DNA from: Tubulanus polymorphus
Taxonomy: Eukaryota > Animalia > Nemertea
Length of the DNA stretch: 64,000 nt
Reading direction: 5' to 3'
NCBI RefSeq assembly: GCF_964204645.1
Contig: NC_134028.1
Coordinates: forward strand, 21,262,345-21,326,344
The position numbers and the translations under genes were made by a program. Shown here piece after piece: positions 1 through 24,100 of the stretch (the first letter of the stretch is position 1; each line of letters begins with the position of its first letter). The notes below the pieces were generated by a model. It was not told where the DNA came from. It saw nothing but the letters and a program-made list of their open reading frames with translations, and ran no database searches.

Positions 1-844
1 AGGCGAACACTATCAATGTCTTCTTGCGACCGATCCAGTCAGCGAAATATCCAGACGCCATCGTACCGAAAAATAACCCGACCATTTGCAGACTTATTGC
101 AAGTTTTGGGATGTAACTCATGTCACAAACGAGATCGAACTACAAGTAAAAAATGAACGATAATCAATTGAAAGTCTGTGATATGATGACAAATATGATG
201 ATCATGTTTATGATAGATATAAAGAAATAGCTAACGACAAGTTACCTACTATTCCAATGTGCGTAAATAAATTCTGAATTCGAAAAAATTCGATTGAATT
301 GACTTTGACAGGATCTAAACCTACGTGATACGTGCATTTAAGCTTTATTTTGAAACTGGAATCGATGAGAGTAATTTTGAATAATTCTGCGCAATCATGG
401 TCGCAATCAATGTTGATATTTTGGCGCAAACCTGTAGGGTATATCGGCCCACGTTGAGGGTTTCTCTCTAGGGGTATTTTTTTAAGGTTTCACCCCTAAA
501 AGTAATTTTGAAGCCGTTTCACTTACCTCGGTTATCAATGACGTCAAAGCATTAGTAAAGTCGTAATCAAATTCTACACACTTGGAACCATTGAACGAAC
601 ATAATCTGTCGGTATTATTTGGTAAAGAGGCGTTTTCGGCAAGTCTGAGACAAGTCCACGGGGGAACGTAATGAGAAAATATATACAGCATGATAACATT
701 TATGTTCGGGAGATCCATCAGAGTCAGAATCACAAATATGCGAATTTGAAACCTCCCGAAATGACCAAGTGTTTCCAATATTTCTTCAAACGAACTATTA
801 TTTTTCTTAGCATCTTCGCGTATACAATTTTCATCCATCAGCAT
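1..844 (-). CDS. SLC22 / organic cation transporter family, first two coding exons (gene continues beyond window start)
   Basis: Exon 1 is 844-527 (MLMDENC...FEEILETLGHFGRFQ...PPWTC...SLITE) and ends at a GTAAGT donor. Exon 2 is 139-1, after a TTGTAG acceptor, and reads FDLVCDMSYIPKLAISLQMVGLFFGTMASGYFADWIGRKK. The join is phase 0. LGxFGRFQ, (W/F)DLVCD and GxxADxxGRK are SLC22/MFS signatures. Confidence 0.9.
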
Positions 845-2058
845 AATCTTATATACGCGTGTCTGACTACAGTTGTAAGTCTAATGAGACCCATAGAGGC
901 GTCGTAGCAAAAACATTTATCCAAATGTCGGAATACATCATTGAATGATTTATAACTATTACTAACGATTTAGCCAAAGATTACGCGCATCGTATTGAAA
1001 GGACCTCGATGGAACCAAACAGATGTTTCTCAAATACCTTTTCCTTTATTGTGAATAAGACAACAGTAAAAATTCACACCACTTAGATCTACAAATTCCT
1101 TCACTACCTAACGATCTTACAATGTGGCGTAAAGCTAAGAGTCGTACGTTTCAAAATTATGATGCGTAACACATTTACAAAAAACAGATATTTTCAACGT
1201 TAAACATCTAACTTTTCAATTATTTCGAGGTCATGCTGATCGTCTTATGTTTGTTTCACTAGTGATCAATGAAAACTCTAAGCAATAACATTCTTCTATT
1301 TGAATTTCATCATAGCTTAGATAAATTAACTATATTTTCAGGCTGGTTGGATATAAGACGCAAAAGAAAACATTATGTGTATACATACATGTAAACATTA
1401 ATTTTCATCCTGTTTGAGTTGATATAATTTCATATTTACAAAAACAATCGTTTAAAAAAGTCCGTAGCAATGAATCGTTCAGTTGGCCTACACCCAACTA
1501 GAATACGGACGACCATTTTTCTACTAGTGAACCTGCCTGCCATAAGTGGAATTCTCGATTGCTCTAGTAGTACTGCGGGGCCCCATTATTGGGTTATTAT
1601 AGCTAGGGCTATTAATATGTACACATTTGCCAGCTTTTATATTTATACTATTCATACTATTTTGTTATGCTCGGAAAATTGTATATCTTTTTTTGGAGCA
1701 ATAAACTAAAAACTTGAAACTTGAAACTTGGGTGATAAATTGATATAAATTGTCCCGAATAAAGAGAGAGAGGGGGGAGCTTCGGATAATTTGACGAACT
1801 TGAGAGAGCTTGGGAGAGTTTGTCGAATAGCTTTAGTGGAGCTTTAACAGAGCTTTAGCGGAGCTTTTGAATGTTAGATCAGAGTTTAGAAAAAGTTGTT
1901 TGGTGGTGGGGAACGGTGATAGAATTGTAGCCTGCAGTGGAAAGAAGGATAAAGATGCTTAAATATCAAACGATACTGATATATCCTAAGTGCTGACTTG
2001 TCCTTGGATTATCTAACCGGTCATGATCATTGATTCTTGAAGTACATCGAAAGGAGCG

Positions 2059-3083
2059 ATGTTACAGTTATCTTGCTGCTTGTACGAACGAAACGAACGA
2101 ACGAACGAACGAACGAACGAACGAACGAACGAACGAACGAACGAACGAACGAACGAACGAACGAACGAACGAACGAACGAACGAACGAACGAACGAACGA
2201 ACGAACGAACGAACGAACGAACGAACGAACGAACGAACGAACGAACGAACGAACGAACGAACGAACGAACGAACGAACGAACGAACGAACGAACGAACGA
2301 ACGAACGAACGAACGAACGAACGAACGAACGAACGAACGAACGAACGAACGGGCCACATGCAATAAATTTTAGTGTATACGAAGAAAGTTCGTTTTGCTA
2401 CTTGCACACAAACGAGATATTATTAAGTAAAAACGAAAAGAACCGATATTAACTGATATAGATGGAGAGCAGGAATTAGGCTTCAAATTCCCATTTTAGT
2501 TTACAAAGATAACAAATGCCAACAATCGTCGCACACCATGTACGTTTGGTGGTAGTTATAGTTATTGGTTTTTTTTGTAACTGTTTGAAGCTATCATTTC
2601 AATGTTCGTGAGATGAATAATTGATGCGGTTTTTTTATTCGACGAATAATGATGTTTCATTTTTGGCACGAAGTGCTTAGCCGGCTATGGTGAAATATCT
2701 CGATTGGAAATTTCCCAATAAGTACGGCCTAACATTTTTAACGCTCGCTCCACGAATTCAGTTCCTGGATTTTTTCATCCAGCAGCAGTATTTGATATAC
2801 GGCGATTTCCTACGTGTTTTCGGCAAGGCTCTCCGCACTTCAAACTAATATACGAATTTCAAGAACTGTCCAATCTAATCATAATTTCTAAATAATCAAT
2901 TTTCGGGTGGACGCAGTCGAGACCACCTTTTTACGTAAGTTATGTCATTCATGTGCGGACTGTAGGAATGTTGCACACTATTCGAGTGAATGCTCGGAAT
3001 GCAAAACAGTATACAACGGTCAGCAGAAGTTTTGGTCGGATAATCTAATCATCGTTGTCTACTCAAAGGTTTATATGACTTAA
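2059..3083 (+). pseudogene. Decayed inverted paralog of the secreted PAN-domain gene at 3866-6380
   Basis: Collinear fragments: MLQLSCCLY vs MEQFSCHLF; HAINFSVYEESSF vs HSINFLGYEFSTF (acceptor context); FKFPF*FTKITNAN vs VKFPSDGFITGSN; FGTKCLAG vs LGFQCVEG; FMCGL*ECCTLF...SECKTVYN vs FRCAM...SCSTVLF...ESCNLYN. Contains stops and frameshifts. Aligned by eye. Confidence 0.45.
2084..2350. repeat. (GAAC)n tetranucleotide microsatellite
   Basis: About 265 bp of near-perfect GAAC repeats; explains the ERTN/RSFV ORFs. Confidence 0.98.
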
Positions 3084-3699
3084 CTGGTTGACAAATGCCA
3101 GATAGTGACAATTAGAATCGCTATGTTACCGGTATTTGTCCAGTAGTATATATCCAATTCGTCAGTAGCTTTCATCTCTAGACGTATCGGCCCCACTCCG
3201 CGCGGTTGCGCCACCGCGCGGTATTTACGCGAAGCAGCAGAACACAAACATGGCCACTCTCTCAATTTTCAATGATAGAAATCGTGTGTGCATTTCAATT
3301 ATTTCGGCTGTTAGGGTTTTAAGGCACAATATAAGGTGATGATGTGATATGGCGATGTTAATTAATGATAATTCCGCAGTGAAGCTAGTCACGAACGGTG
3401 CCGATTGAGTGTACAGCTGCCAAAAACACTGAAATGTGCGTAGTTGCGTAACTATTTGCAGTGAATTGCAGACGAAACATGAAGCCTTAACGGCCGTTTA
3501 AAAATAAATTATACCAATCGCAATTGTATAATAAAAATGAGATAGAACCTAAGTTAAAATTCTGGCCATTTCTAAAATGTTATTACTAATTTTAGTCAGT
3601 GCGGAACGTTTAGTTTTCCAACAATAATGAGGGGTGGTAGGTAGTCATGCAATTCAAGTCATCATTTATTACACGTTACTTCCGTGTTGTTGAAAATCT

Positions 3700-3848
3700 C
3701 ACGAGTCCTGGACCAAACCCCAATGAACAATGTGATCTGTGTGCTGGCCACAAATGCACACAGATCACACTACACTACCCATTACACACTCCAGTACCCA
3801 CAGCTTTCATATATCCATCCAAATATTTAGTGTCTTTCTTCCTGGATA
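3700..3848. repeat. Dispersed short repeat with a perfect 14-bp hairpin (inverted copy at ~7860-8005)
   Basis: tgtgatctgtgtgc-tggccacaaat-gcacacagatcaca plus flanking sequence recurs as the reverse complement at 7860-8005. Confidence 0.75.
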
Positions 3849-3865
3849 TTCCGTTCGTCTGTCCT

Positions 3866-6380
3866 TCAATTATCAGTAACAAGAATTGTAAACAGAATCT
3901 TGTCCGCACTTGAGAAGGTTTGTAACGGTGATGAGTTGTACAGATTACAGGATTCAGTCTCAATTGAGAATAGAACAGTAGAACACGACTGTGTTCCGAG
4001 CATCGCGCATCGAAACACGCAATATACACTGTTGGACATGTTCTTGATTTCCTCGATTTGTTGAATGAATTTTGCCACGTCGGTACTTGCATATTCTTTG
4101 AATGTGACTGAAAATAGAGCGATAAACAAATACTCTGGAACGCTGCTGGTGGAAATGAGAAAATAGGAGCTAGACGAATGGTAAATTAAATACTGCAAAA
4201 TGATACGACGCAAAAAGAAGCATTTTGAAGCACAATTTTAAGATTGGTAACAAGTTCCAATTGCTTTAACTTATGACGACAAAAATTGATAGTGAAACGA
4301 TAATGAGATGTCAAGTGAGAGTGGATACTGATAGATATTCTTTCTATAGGCTGAAGTATATATGAAATACCAATCCTCTAAAATGTCAAACAGTAATCAT
4401 ACCTTGCATGTTTCCAGGGAGATTTCCATTACTAGATTTGTTTCGCATGAAGGCATATTTACTGGAAATGTATATCATTTCGTATGGCATTGATATGAAT
4501 GTTGATCCAATAGACGGAAAATCACCGGTCTCACCAATATTAAATGCTTTATTACGCAACGAACGATATTTTCTATAAGGCGCTACGAATTGAGACGATC
4601 GATTGTACAGTGCCTCCGACCCTCCATTCCTTCCCTCGACGCATTGAAAACCAAGCATATCATCCTTCCGAACTGGCATCCATTGCGATTGATTAAATCT
4701 ACTATGGACACTTCCCGTAGATCCAGTAGGAACGGCGAATCTATGAATAAGTGTATAGCTATTCTGTCCGGTCTGAGACTTTCTCCAAACGACCAATTCA
4801 TCCAACCGCGAATTGCCCACTTGCCTGTAGTAATTGGATCCAGTTATAAACCCATCTGATGGGAATTTCACCTCATAAAACACCAATGTATAACAGTTCA
4901 TAGGCTGTGTTCCTTTATCAATAGTTCCCAAACTAAATGTTGAAAATTCGTAGCCTAAAAAATTGATTGAATGTATGAATCTATTGCACATTTGAACTAT
5001 CGTTAGAAACGAATGATAACATAAAGGAGAGATTTCGGATTTATTGTAAAATTTTCCGAAACTAAAAGAATTAGGAATTGACGATAATCACGCAGGTTAA
5101 TTTGACTCTTAAAAGTTTCGCCTATAAATTACTTAAGCCAAGGACGGGATACTAATCATAATAATACGATTTATTTTTATACCGCTCTCCACTGCGTATT
5201 AGAGCGGTTTCATGAAATGTACATAAATACATCATCCTTTGACATTCCAATAATATGTTGTTTATAAAGGTAAATTTTCACTCCAGACTTAGATTCATCA
5301 ATCTCCCTACAGCTGCGTTAATCAAAAGGTAGATAGTAAAATAGGCACCCTGTTATATCTTCTGTGTAGTCTCCCGCAAGGTTCTGTCTTGGGACCCTCC
5401 GAGGGTCATTTTCATCAATCCCGATTATCAAAAATAAGTCAACAGTTTGATTAACGGATAGTTGCAGTTAACCTTCTTTTCTATCTGATAGAGAAGGTAT
5501 ACATAGGAACAAGAAAATATTATCCAACTAGACACTGAAAAAGTCTTATTTGGGTTTTTACAAGGGACCATTACCTTGGGGTATATTTAACTAGGGGATT
5601 TTAACTGAAGTTTTTACCCGATCACATCGATCGATTTGTTGAATGACATGTTCAATAAAATCATGACAAAAACTAGTGTCAGTAGTACAATTTGATTATT
5701 TTCGCTATTCAGGTGGTTCTGTAGATTATAGGATATACCGTTGGCAATGGCCTAGCTATTTTTATCACTGATCGGACTGTGAAAATAAAGCATCGACAAA
5801 ACCACAACGAGAAAGAAATAAGATGCAATGTTTTACTGGGAGGTGTGCTAAACCATGGAATCAGAAACTTTTACCAATTATGGACGTCCTGGACTTCTTA
5901 GAACCCTACCCGTCCTCAATACGACTAACTAAGATATCATAATCGTATCGAAAGCAGCACTAAGGTCCATAACAGCATGTTCCCTTTTTCAGGGGCATGT
6001 AGGATGGCACTAGTTACATGTAAGAAATCTGTACTGTAAAATTTCTAACTAACAATTTGAAATGTACAAACATAATTAGAAATTTGATTTTGGAGCCATT
6101 TACACACAATTCGTTAATGTAATCCAAAATGGCATCCGAAGGAGCATCTGAAAGTTATGAAAATTGCTCATGGAATTTGAGCCAAAACGTTTTAAAACCA
6201 CTCGCATAATTCAACGATTTAATTTACGTGACAAGAATTTCAGCTCATTTATGCACATTTTATACAAACAATACTAGAATACAGCCATTTATAGAACCTA
6301 CCACTGCACCGACTGGAATAAACCGGCATCAGGAGAATGAATATCATTATGAACAGATGACAGCTGAATTGTTCCATCAT
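3866..6380 (-). CDS. Secreted ~270-aa protein: signal peptide, uncharacterised beta-rich domain and C-terminal PAN/Apple-like module
   Basis: Exons: 6380-6302 (MMEQFSCHLFIMIFILLMPVYSSRCS, GTAGG donor, phase 1); 4954-4463 (TTTTTTAG acceptor, GTAAAT donor, phase 1-1); 4107-3866 (TTTTCAG acceptor to stop). Total 813 nt, in frame. The last exon has a CxxxC...C...F...C-x-LY pattern typical of PAN/Apple. Confidence 0.75.
5410..5885 (+). repeat. Dispersed repeat (second copy at ~50540-51045)
   Basis: ttcatca(a/c)tcccgattatcaaaaataa...gttgcagttaac...acaaaaccacaacgagaaa occurs at both sites. Confidence 0.85.
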
Positions 6381-7447
6381 TACCGTATCAGACCCTGTAA
6401 ACCTATAACGGGGTGGGCTTCAGAAAAAAAAAACAAATGCTCTCCTTATGATATCGAAAACCGTTTATACACAACAGCGGTTTCTAGCGACAGAAAATTC
6501 AATTCTAAACGCACATTGTAATGAATCGAATAATGCAAATTGGTTGAAATCTGTGACTTGTTTTCGACATAGCCAAGGTCGACTTTTTCACTGCTTGCGA
6601 TGCAACTCGATTGGTTACAGCTGGTCTCAAACGGGTGCGAGGTCGATGAGTCTATATGCGAAATTTAGTATTCAATTTAGTATTCAAGAGTTATGGATGA
6701 GTTGGTTTTTTATAGGATCTATTTCAAATACAGCTTAACGGTCTCACTTATAGAATTAGCTTAAAACTAATAATGTTAACGTAAAAATGACATAACATCC
6801 TTTTCTTTCATGTACCAGCCTGACAATAACTATTCTACAGTTTGGACACTATTCTACGACAATTATGAACTGAGATTAATGAACTGCAGGATCATTGGGA
6901 GATTCTTTTGTACACGTAGGCATATTTTCGAAATGCGTACAAGTAAATTGACTAAACGTCAGGCCTGTCTAATTTTTAGACATGCAGGTGTCAGAGATCG
7001 ACTGACAGATCTAGAAATACTTTCAATTATTTCTGCAGTTCTCTCTTGTTCCCAACGAGAATCAGACGAACAAAATTTCACTTGATTCCATTGAGCAGAA
7101 CTATTCATCTCCTCTCTGTTAGTTTTGGAAACCACAAGTAAGTAGATGAATCTATCATGATATTATTTCAAAACCTGTCAAATTCATGACTCGTATACCA
7201 ATTTCAAGAGTTATGCGCGTTCAACAGTTGTTTGAATTTAATCTGTGGGTTCTGCAGTTGTTTGAGTTTAATCTGACTGGTATTCCTTTACTACCAGTCG
7301 CAATTACATCCTTTCCTAGGTTATTGTGCTGTAAGGGAGGTTTTTTTCTATTTAGCTTATTGTTTCTTCTAGACAGTCCATCATTCAATACCGTACTGTA
7401 TTAATTCTTCCTTTTATCTATGCTGCAGGTTATCTATATACCCTGAG

Positions 7448-18706
<11,259 letters not shown>

Positions 18707-20482
18707 AATGTAGCAAGTAATTTTCGCTGGTTTCCTCAGATTTTCAAACTCTATTTCATCGATTAATGGTTGACTCTAGTTTAGGTATGGAACGTCGCGA
18801 TCACACGAGCGTATTTGACCCGCTCCAAGTGTGACCCGTATAAGATTAGGTCCGGGCCAACCGTTCACACAGGTTCCGCCGAATTTCAGAGATTCGAAAA
18901 AGGACCGTTCCATAGGATATGACAAAAATATTTTCGAAAAGGGCACTTCTCCAAAATTTCTGGGCTCCCTTCTAAGTACGGCCCTCGAAGTGACCCAGTT
19001 CACTTGCCGCAGCATTGTTTGATAGCACTTTTAGTAATAAGTTTATAACAAGTAGGCCTAACAAGTTTTAGTAACAACCGGGCCGGTTAAACCCTGGCCA
19101 AATCGTCTCACTGTGATCGCGGCTTCTAATTCACGTATACTGTACACTACAAAACAAGTCCTCAATGCCACGAATCGCTTCTCTAGCAAAATTGTTCGAT
19201 ATCATCAAACATACAGAGGGAACCGATTTGTGGCATTGAAGATTTTCAAATTGATTAATAGCAAAACAATTCTTTGATGCCACGAATCGCGTCATTCTTT
19301 TTGGATTATGTATTTATATAGGAAAATTTCGCCAAATTCATTCTTGTAACGGATAACATTGCTATTGATTGAAGAAAGAAGTATTGAAAATTTGAAATTA
19401 TCTCGAGAAACGTTAAGTTACGATTCATATTCAATTACTTAGTTTTTTATTTCATTCTTTTTATTTGGGATTATTTTCATTCATCTATTTTTTCGGTTCT
19501 ACTGTTTATTACTGTAAAAGCGAAATTTGTCGTGAAAACGACACGATATGTCGACATATTCATGTCGACTTGACGCGATATATCGCGATACGTCGACATA
19601 AATATGGTGACTTGTCGAGTTGGAACGCGACAACTCGAGGCCCTTTATCGCTTCCGTAGTCCAGAGATGTTACTCACACACGGAAGGATCCGCCGAAAGC
19701 GAAAAAGTCGCTCTAAACCCGGAAACCGACAACATAGATCCAACAGTGAAATAGGATATTACATATGACCGTTTATTAAATCAGAATTGTTTCAAGGAAA
19801 TATTTCATATTGGATCAAACATTTTCAAATAGATATCCTTATAATAATCAATTACTCTCACACAAATCAAATACAAGATGAAACGAGATGAAAGTTAAGA
19901 TTGAATCAACGCTCACAATTTCACCATTTCCGCAACTGCCTACGGAGACCTAACCTAGGCATGTATTACGTAAAAAGATAATGATGATTACACAGAATGA
20001 AGTCGAATTGTCATTTCAAACAGAATAATAATTAAGAGTATCTATTGCAGATAGTGAGATCACGACAGAAAATCCTGCGCGGTGACCAGCCGGTCGGTAC
20101 GGCGTCAAAATCTATCAAATGTTGAAAAAGATAAATTACACACTGCACGATAATAGACGATATTTCAATAGACTACGTATCTTAGCTGGAATTGATTTTA
20201 AAAGCTACTTCATGGAACACACGGGGCGGCGATATAATTGGACCATCAGTGATCCCGATCCCTAGAACAAGTCTTTTTTATGTTTTCATCAATTTATTCA
20301 TTTTTAAAGACATCATCGTTTGGGCTGCATGCAGCCATCCATCATCGTTACAAAATTAAAATTCGGCTAAAATTACACCCATCACATACAGTGCTCATGA
20401 AAGCTCGTGCCAATGTAACTTTTCATAATTCACTTGTCCTTGAACTTTCGGTGATAAATTGAACCGAAACGCCAAACAACTA

Positions 20483-20612
20483 ACTCGTAATTCGTAAAAC
20501 GTAAGTCGTAAAAACGTAAGTCGTAAATCGTAAGTCGTAACGTATTGAAGGAATTGTATCAGTAACTCGTAAAACGTAACTCGTAAGTCGTAAATCGTAA
20601 CTCGTAAGTCGT
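20483..20612. repeat. 7-bp-period minisatellite (cgtaaNN); paralog at 36087-36215
   Basis: Variants cgtaact/cgtaagt/cgtaaat/cgtaaaa in tandem. Confidence 0.85.
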
Positions 20613-20649
20613 ATGGCCCTTGAGGAATTCCATACCATATGTACGGAAG

Positions 20650-21065
20650 TACGGAAGCGATAAGGGACCTCGAGATGTCGCGTTCAAACTCGACAAGTCG
20701 TCATATTTATGTCGACATATCGCGATATATCGCGTCAAGTCGATACGAATATGTCGATATATCGTGACGTTTTGACGATATATTTCGTTCTCTTGACCAC
20801 TTTCCTCGTGACAAGTCGACATATTCATGACGACTTGAAACTCAGTCGTCATATCACTGGTGTCCTCATCTTACATTTAAACATGTCTTCAAATGATGGC
20901 TTGTCCCGTGGAAAATGGGCGAAAAAGCGAAATTTGTCGTGAAAACGTCACGATATGTCGACAAATTCATGTCGACTGGACGCGATATATCGCGATATAT
21001 CGACATAAATATGACGACTTGTCGAGTTTGAACGCGACATCTCGAGGCTCTTTATCGCTTCCGTA
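20650..21065. mobile_element. 416-bp MITE with ~130-bp TIRs (TACGGAAGCGATAA...)
   Basis: tacggaagcgataagggacctcgagatgtcgcg...cgcgacatctcgaggctctttatcgcttccgta. Absent from the paralogous site at ~36240. End fragments also at 19516-19658 and 34574-34718. Confidence 0.9.
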
Positions 21066-21160
21066 CATATGGACTGTTGAGAAATTTATTTCAAATCCGA
21101 CAACCTACTTTTTGTCAATGCGTAACCTGAAAATGTTGCGTGGAGTCTGAAGTTTTTATT

Positions 21161-24100
21161 CTACTCAGAAATACTCGAACAGCAATCACCAATTTTGAAT
21201 CCATACTTGAAGAAAGCGAAGATTCTTTTGTTAGCGATGAAAGACAAAAATATGAGAAATCCTTGAGAAGAATTGAGCACATTGAAGAAGTACCAGAGAA
21301 AATCATTATTGACAAACGATGCAATGAATCCTATGATCCAAGTCACTCCTGTCACCAATGCCATCCGATAGAAAATAAGTGTCGTATTCCTTTTTTCTTT
21401 TGAACCTGAAGTCTTGAAAGTTGATCGACGAATTTGATGAATTGTAATTAGAAACGAAATAAAACCGACTAAATCGAGAATTCCGATCGGTAAAACGAAA
21501 GCGAACAACAAGAAAGCGTTATGTTTGAACCAACAGGTGCGAGGGCTTCCGTAGATCATCATGGAAAAGGTGGTCACGTGGGTTGAATGGAGGAAAATAC
21601 AGGGTCCGACAATTATGATAGGAAAAATCCACACCGTTGACAAATATAAACCTAAAACCTTTCGAGAGTTGGATAATTTATCAATGCTTGAAAATGTACG
21701 CACCAGGTGAATCGCTATAGCCGCCATTGACATGAAAACGACCAACCATATAAAATGTTTTAAGGCAGCCATACCGACGCACAATAACCTGTTACTCAAA
21801 CCAAATGTGGATATATGCAGCGTTTGAGCTATTGCGAGACTTATACAGAAGTTTACGATGAGTTTTCCGGGGAAAGTCAGAAGAGTCGGAAAAATGAAAT
21901 AAATGACGACAGTGACTACGAGACAAATAATCGACAGACAGCTGCACACGAACGTAATGAGAAAATCTCGATCAGTAAACAGGTCAAGGTCATCGAATCT
22001 AATTTTCGACGTCCGACAAACCATACCCCGTCCAGGGACATGAGTTCTAATACAGTCAGTCTTTTTCGTTGAACAACTTCCGTATTTCGTCGACTTGTTT
22101 TGGCCATTGATTATCACCTGATATATGTTGAAGTGTAAAAAGTTTCCATCGTCCGTGAATTCATCTTTTTCTTCAAACTCAGTTATATTCATCTCAGTCG
22201 TTAATTCAGTTTCTCCGGTGCAGATTGTATTTTCCATTTCACTGGTCATCACAAATTCATATTCAGCAATGTTGACGTCACTTCCGTCAAGTCCAAATGA
22301 GCAATAGAGTATAGACTCATACTTGCTAACGATTCGCTTCATCTCCATGAAAGGTCTCTTAACCCCGGAAACGTCGAACTTTTCAAAAATTTCAAGCTGT
22401 CTCATGTATGAATTATTAGAGATGGTCGTCATTTTGCCGATTTCGTTTATATTCATCCAATCTATAGCACGATTACACTTTGAATTAAACCAATATTCTA
22501 ATTTATATCTTAAATTTTCCATGAGTACACGTTGAATCTCGGTAAAACTGATGATTAACTTAACGCGTATGTGAAATCTAACCTTTGGCCAATCATTGAA
22601 TTCTAGGCGACACGTGTCACCGCGTCTGAGGTATCCTCGCACACAGCCCTCGTTTCGACATGCGTATGTTTCCTTGTCGAATATTTCAGTAGTTTTAGAA
22701 CACGCGAGATCTTCAATTGGAAACAGTAAAATCCTTTGCTGATCATCAAAATGGAACGCGAGACCGTTTACGAGGTTGAAATCGAGTAGAATATTCAGAC
22801 CATAAATTCTTTGTTCGTACTGTTCAGCTATACACACCAACGCGTTCTGTGCCAAATCGGGAAACTGACATCTCAAACAGTACGAGTTGCGAAAATATCT
22901 CAACTGACCTTTAATTATAGCCGATATTGGATTATATATTTGTTTACATCTAGTTCTTAGAATTGAATTATCCGGTGTCCGTGGACACACACTATCTTGG
23001 AAAGGAAATTTGTTTGAGCAGAGATGCAGTAATACACGTGTTAATGGAGGCTCAATAAAAATATATCGGCATTGTGGGGGTAGACGCTTTACCGGTTCAT
23101 TTGCTGCCTGTCTCAGATCCTCTACGACTTCCCTGAGCACGATATTATCACCAGAACATAGAATGTTAACCAAGGCGTGTTGAAATTCACTGGTGTTTAA
23201 TCCGTGACACATGGCGCAGTACATGTTTTTATACGGTAACCAGTTATCTCTGTACACAGGCATTTCTGTCAGTAGGTTTGAAGGCAAAGATTCGCAATTC
23301 ATCTTAATGGCCATATCTTCGGTGTAATCATCGGGACATCGGTTGATTGCAAAAAAATTATGCGGATAGCCATCCTCCATCGGTACCTCGATGCACCCGA
23401 TGCTAGGAAGGTGATTTTCTATGGCGTTTCTCATCGTGCTAGACGTCGCACACTTGACGGATTTGCGGTCGCAACAATTACCTAAAACGGAGCAATCGCA
23501 GCTGTATCGAGTGCACGAATGATCGTATCTGTGACACACTGCGACACCGATTCCATCCTGATCAACTTCTACCTTTGGTCGCTCGTATATTACGGTGTTC
23601 AACTTGATAAATGGACCGATGGGAGTTCCTTTTCCGAGTATTTCCCTACCTAAAGTATGAAACAAAATATATGTACGTACGGAAGCGATAAGGGGCCTCG
23701 AGATGTCGCGTTCCAACTCGACAAGTCGCCATATTTATGTCGATATACCGCGATATATCGCGTCAAGTCGATATGAATATGTCGATATATCGTGACGTTT
23801 TGACGACATATTTCATTTTCTCGACCACTTTCCTCGCGACAAGTCGATATATTCATGACGACTTGAAACTCAGTCGTCATATAACTAGTGTCCTCATCTT
23901 ACATTTAGACATGTTTTCAAATGACGGCTTGTCCCGTGGAAAATGGGCGAAAAAGCGAAATTTGTCATGAAAACGTCACGATATGTCGACATATTCATAT
24001 CGACTTGACGCGATATATCGCGATATGTCGACATAAATATGGCGACTTATCGAGTTGGAACGCGACAACTCGAGGCCCTTTATCGCTTCCGTAGATATAC

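Noticed and set aside
2013-2452. ORFs with ERTN/RSFV repeats
   Set aside because: Translations of the (GAAC)n microsatellite.
20483-20612. Possible CRISPR-like array
   Set aside because: Contiguous 7-bp units without unique spacers, no cas genes, and eukaryotic context.
21115-22535. Short ORFs overlapping the GPCRs, conserved in both copies
   Set aside because: Shadow frames conserved only because of the recent duplication.
23650-23716. ORF-track N-terminus MERDISRPLIASV of GPCR copy 1 (and MLVCPIG of copy 2)
   Set aside because: Read-through into intron or MITE sequence. A conserved acceptor and an upstream signal exon explain the real start.
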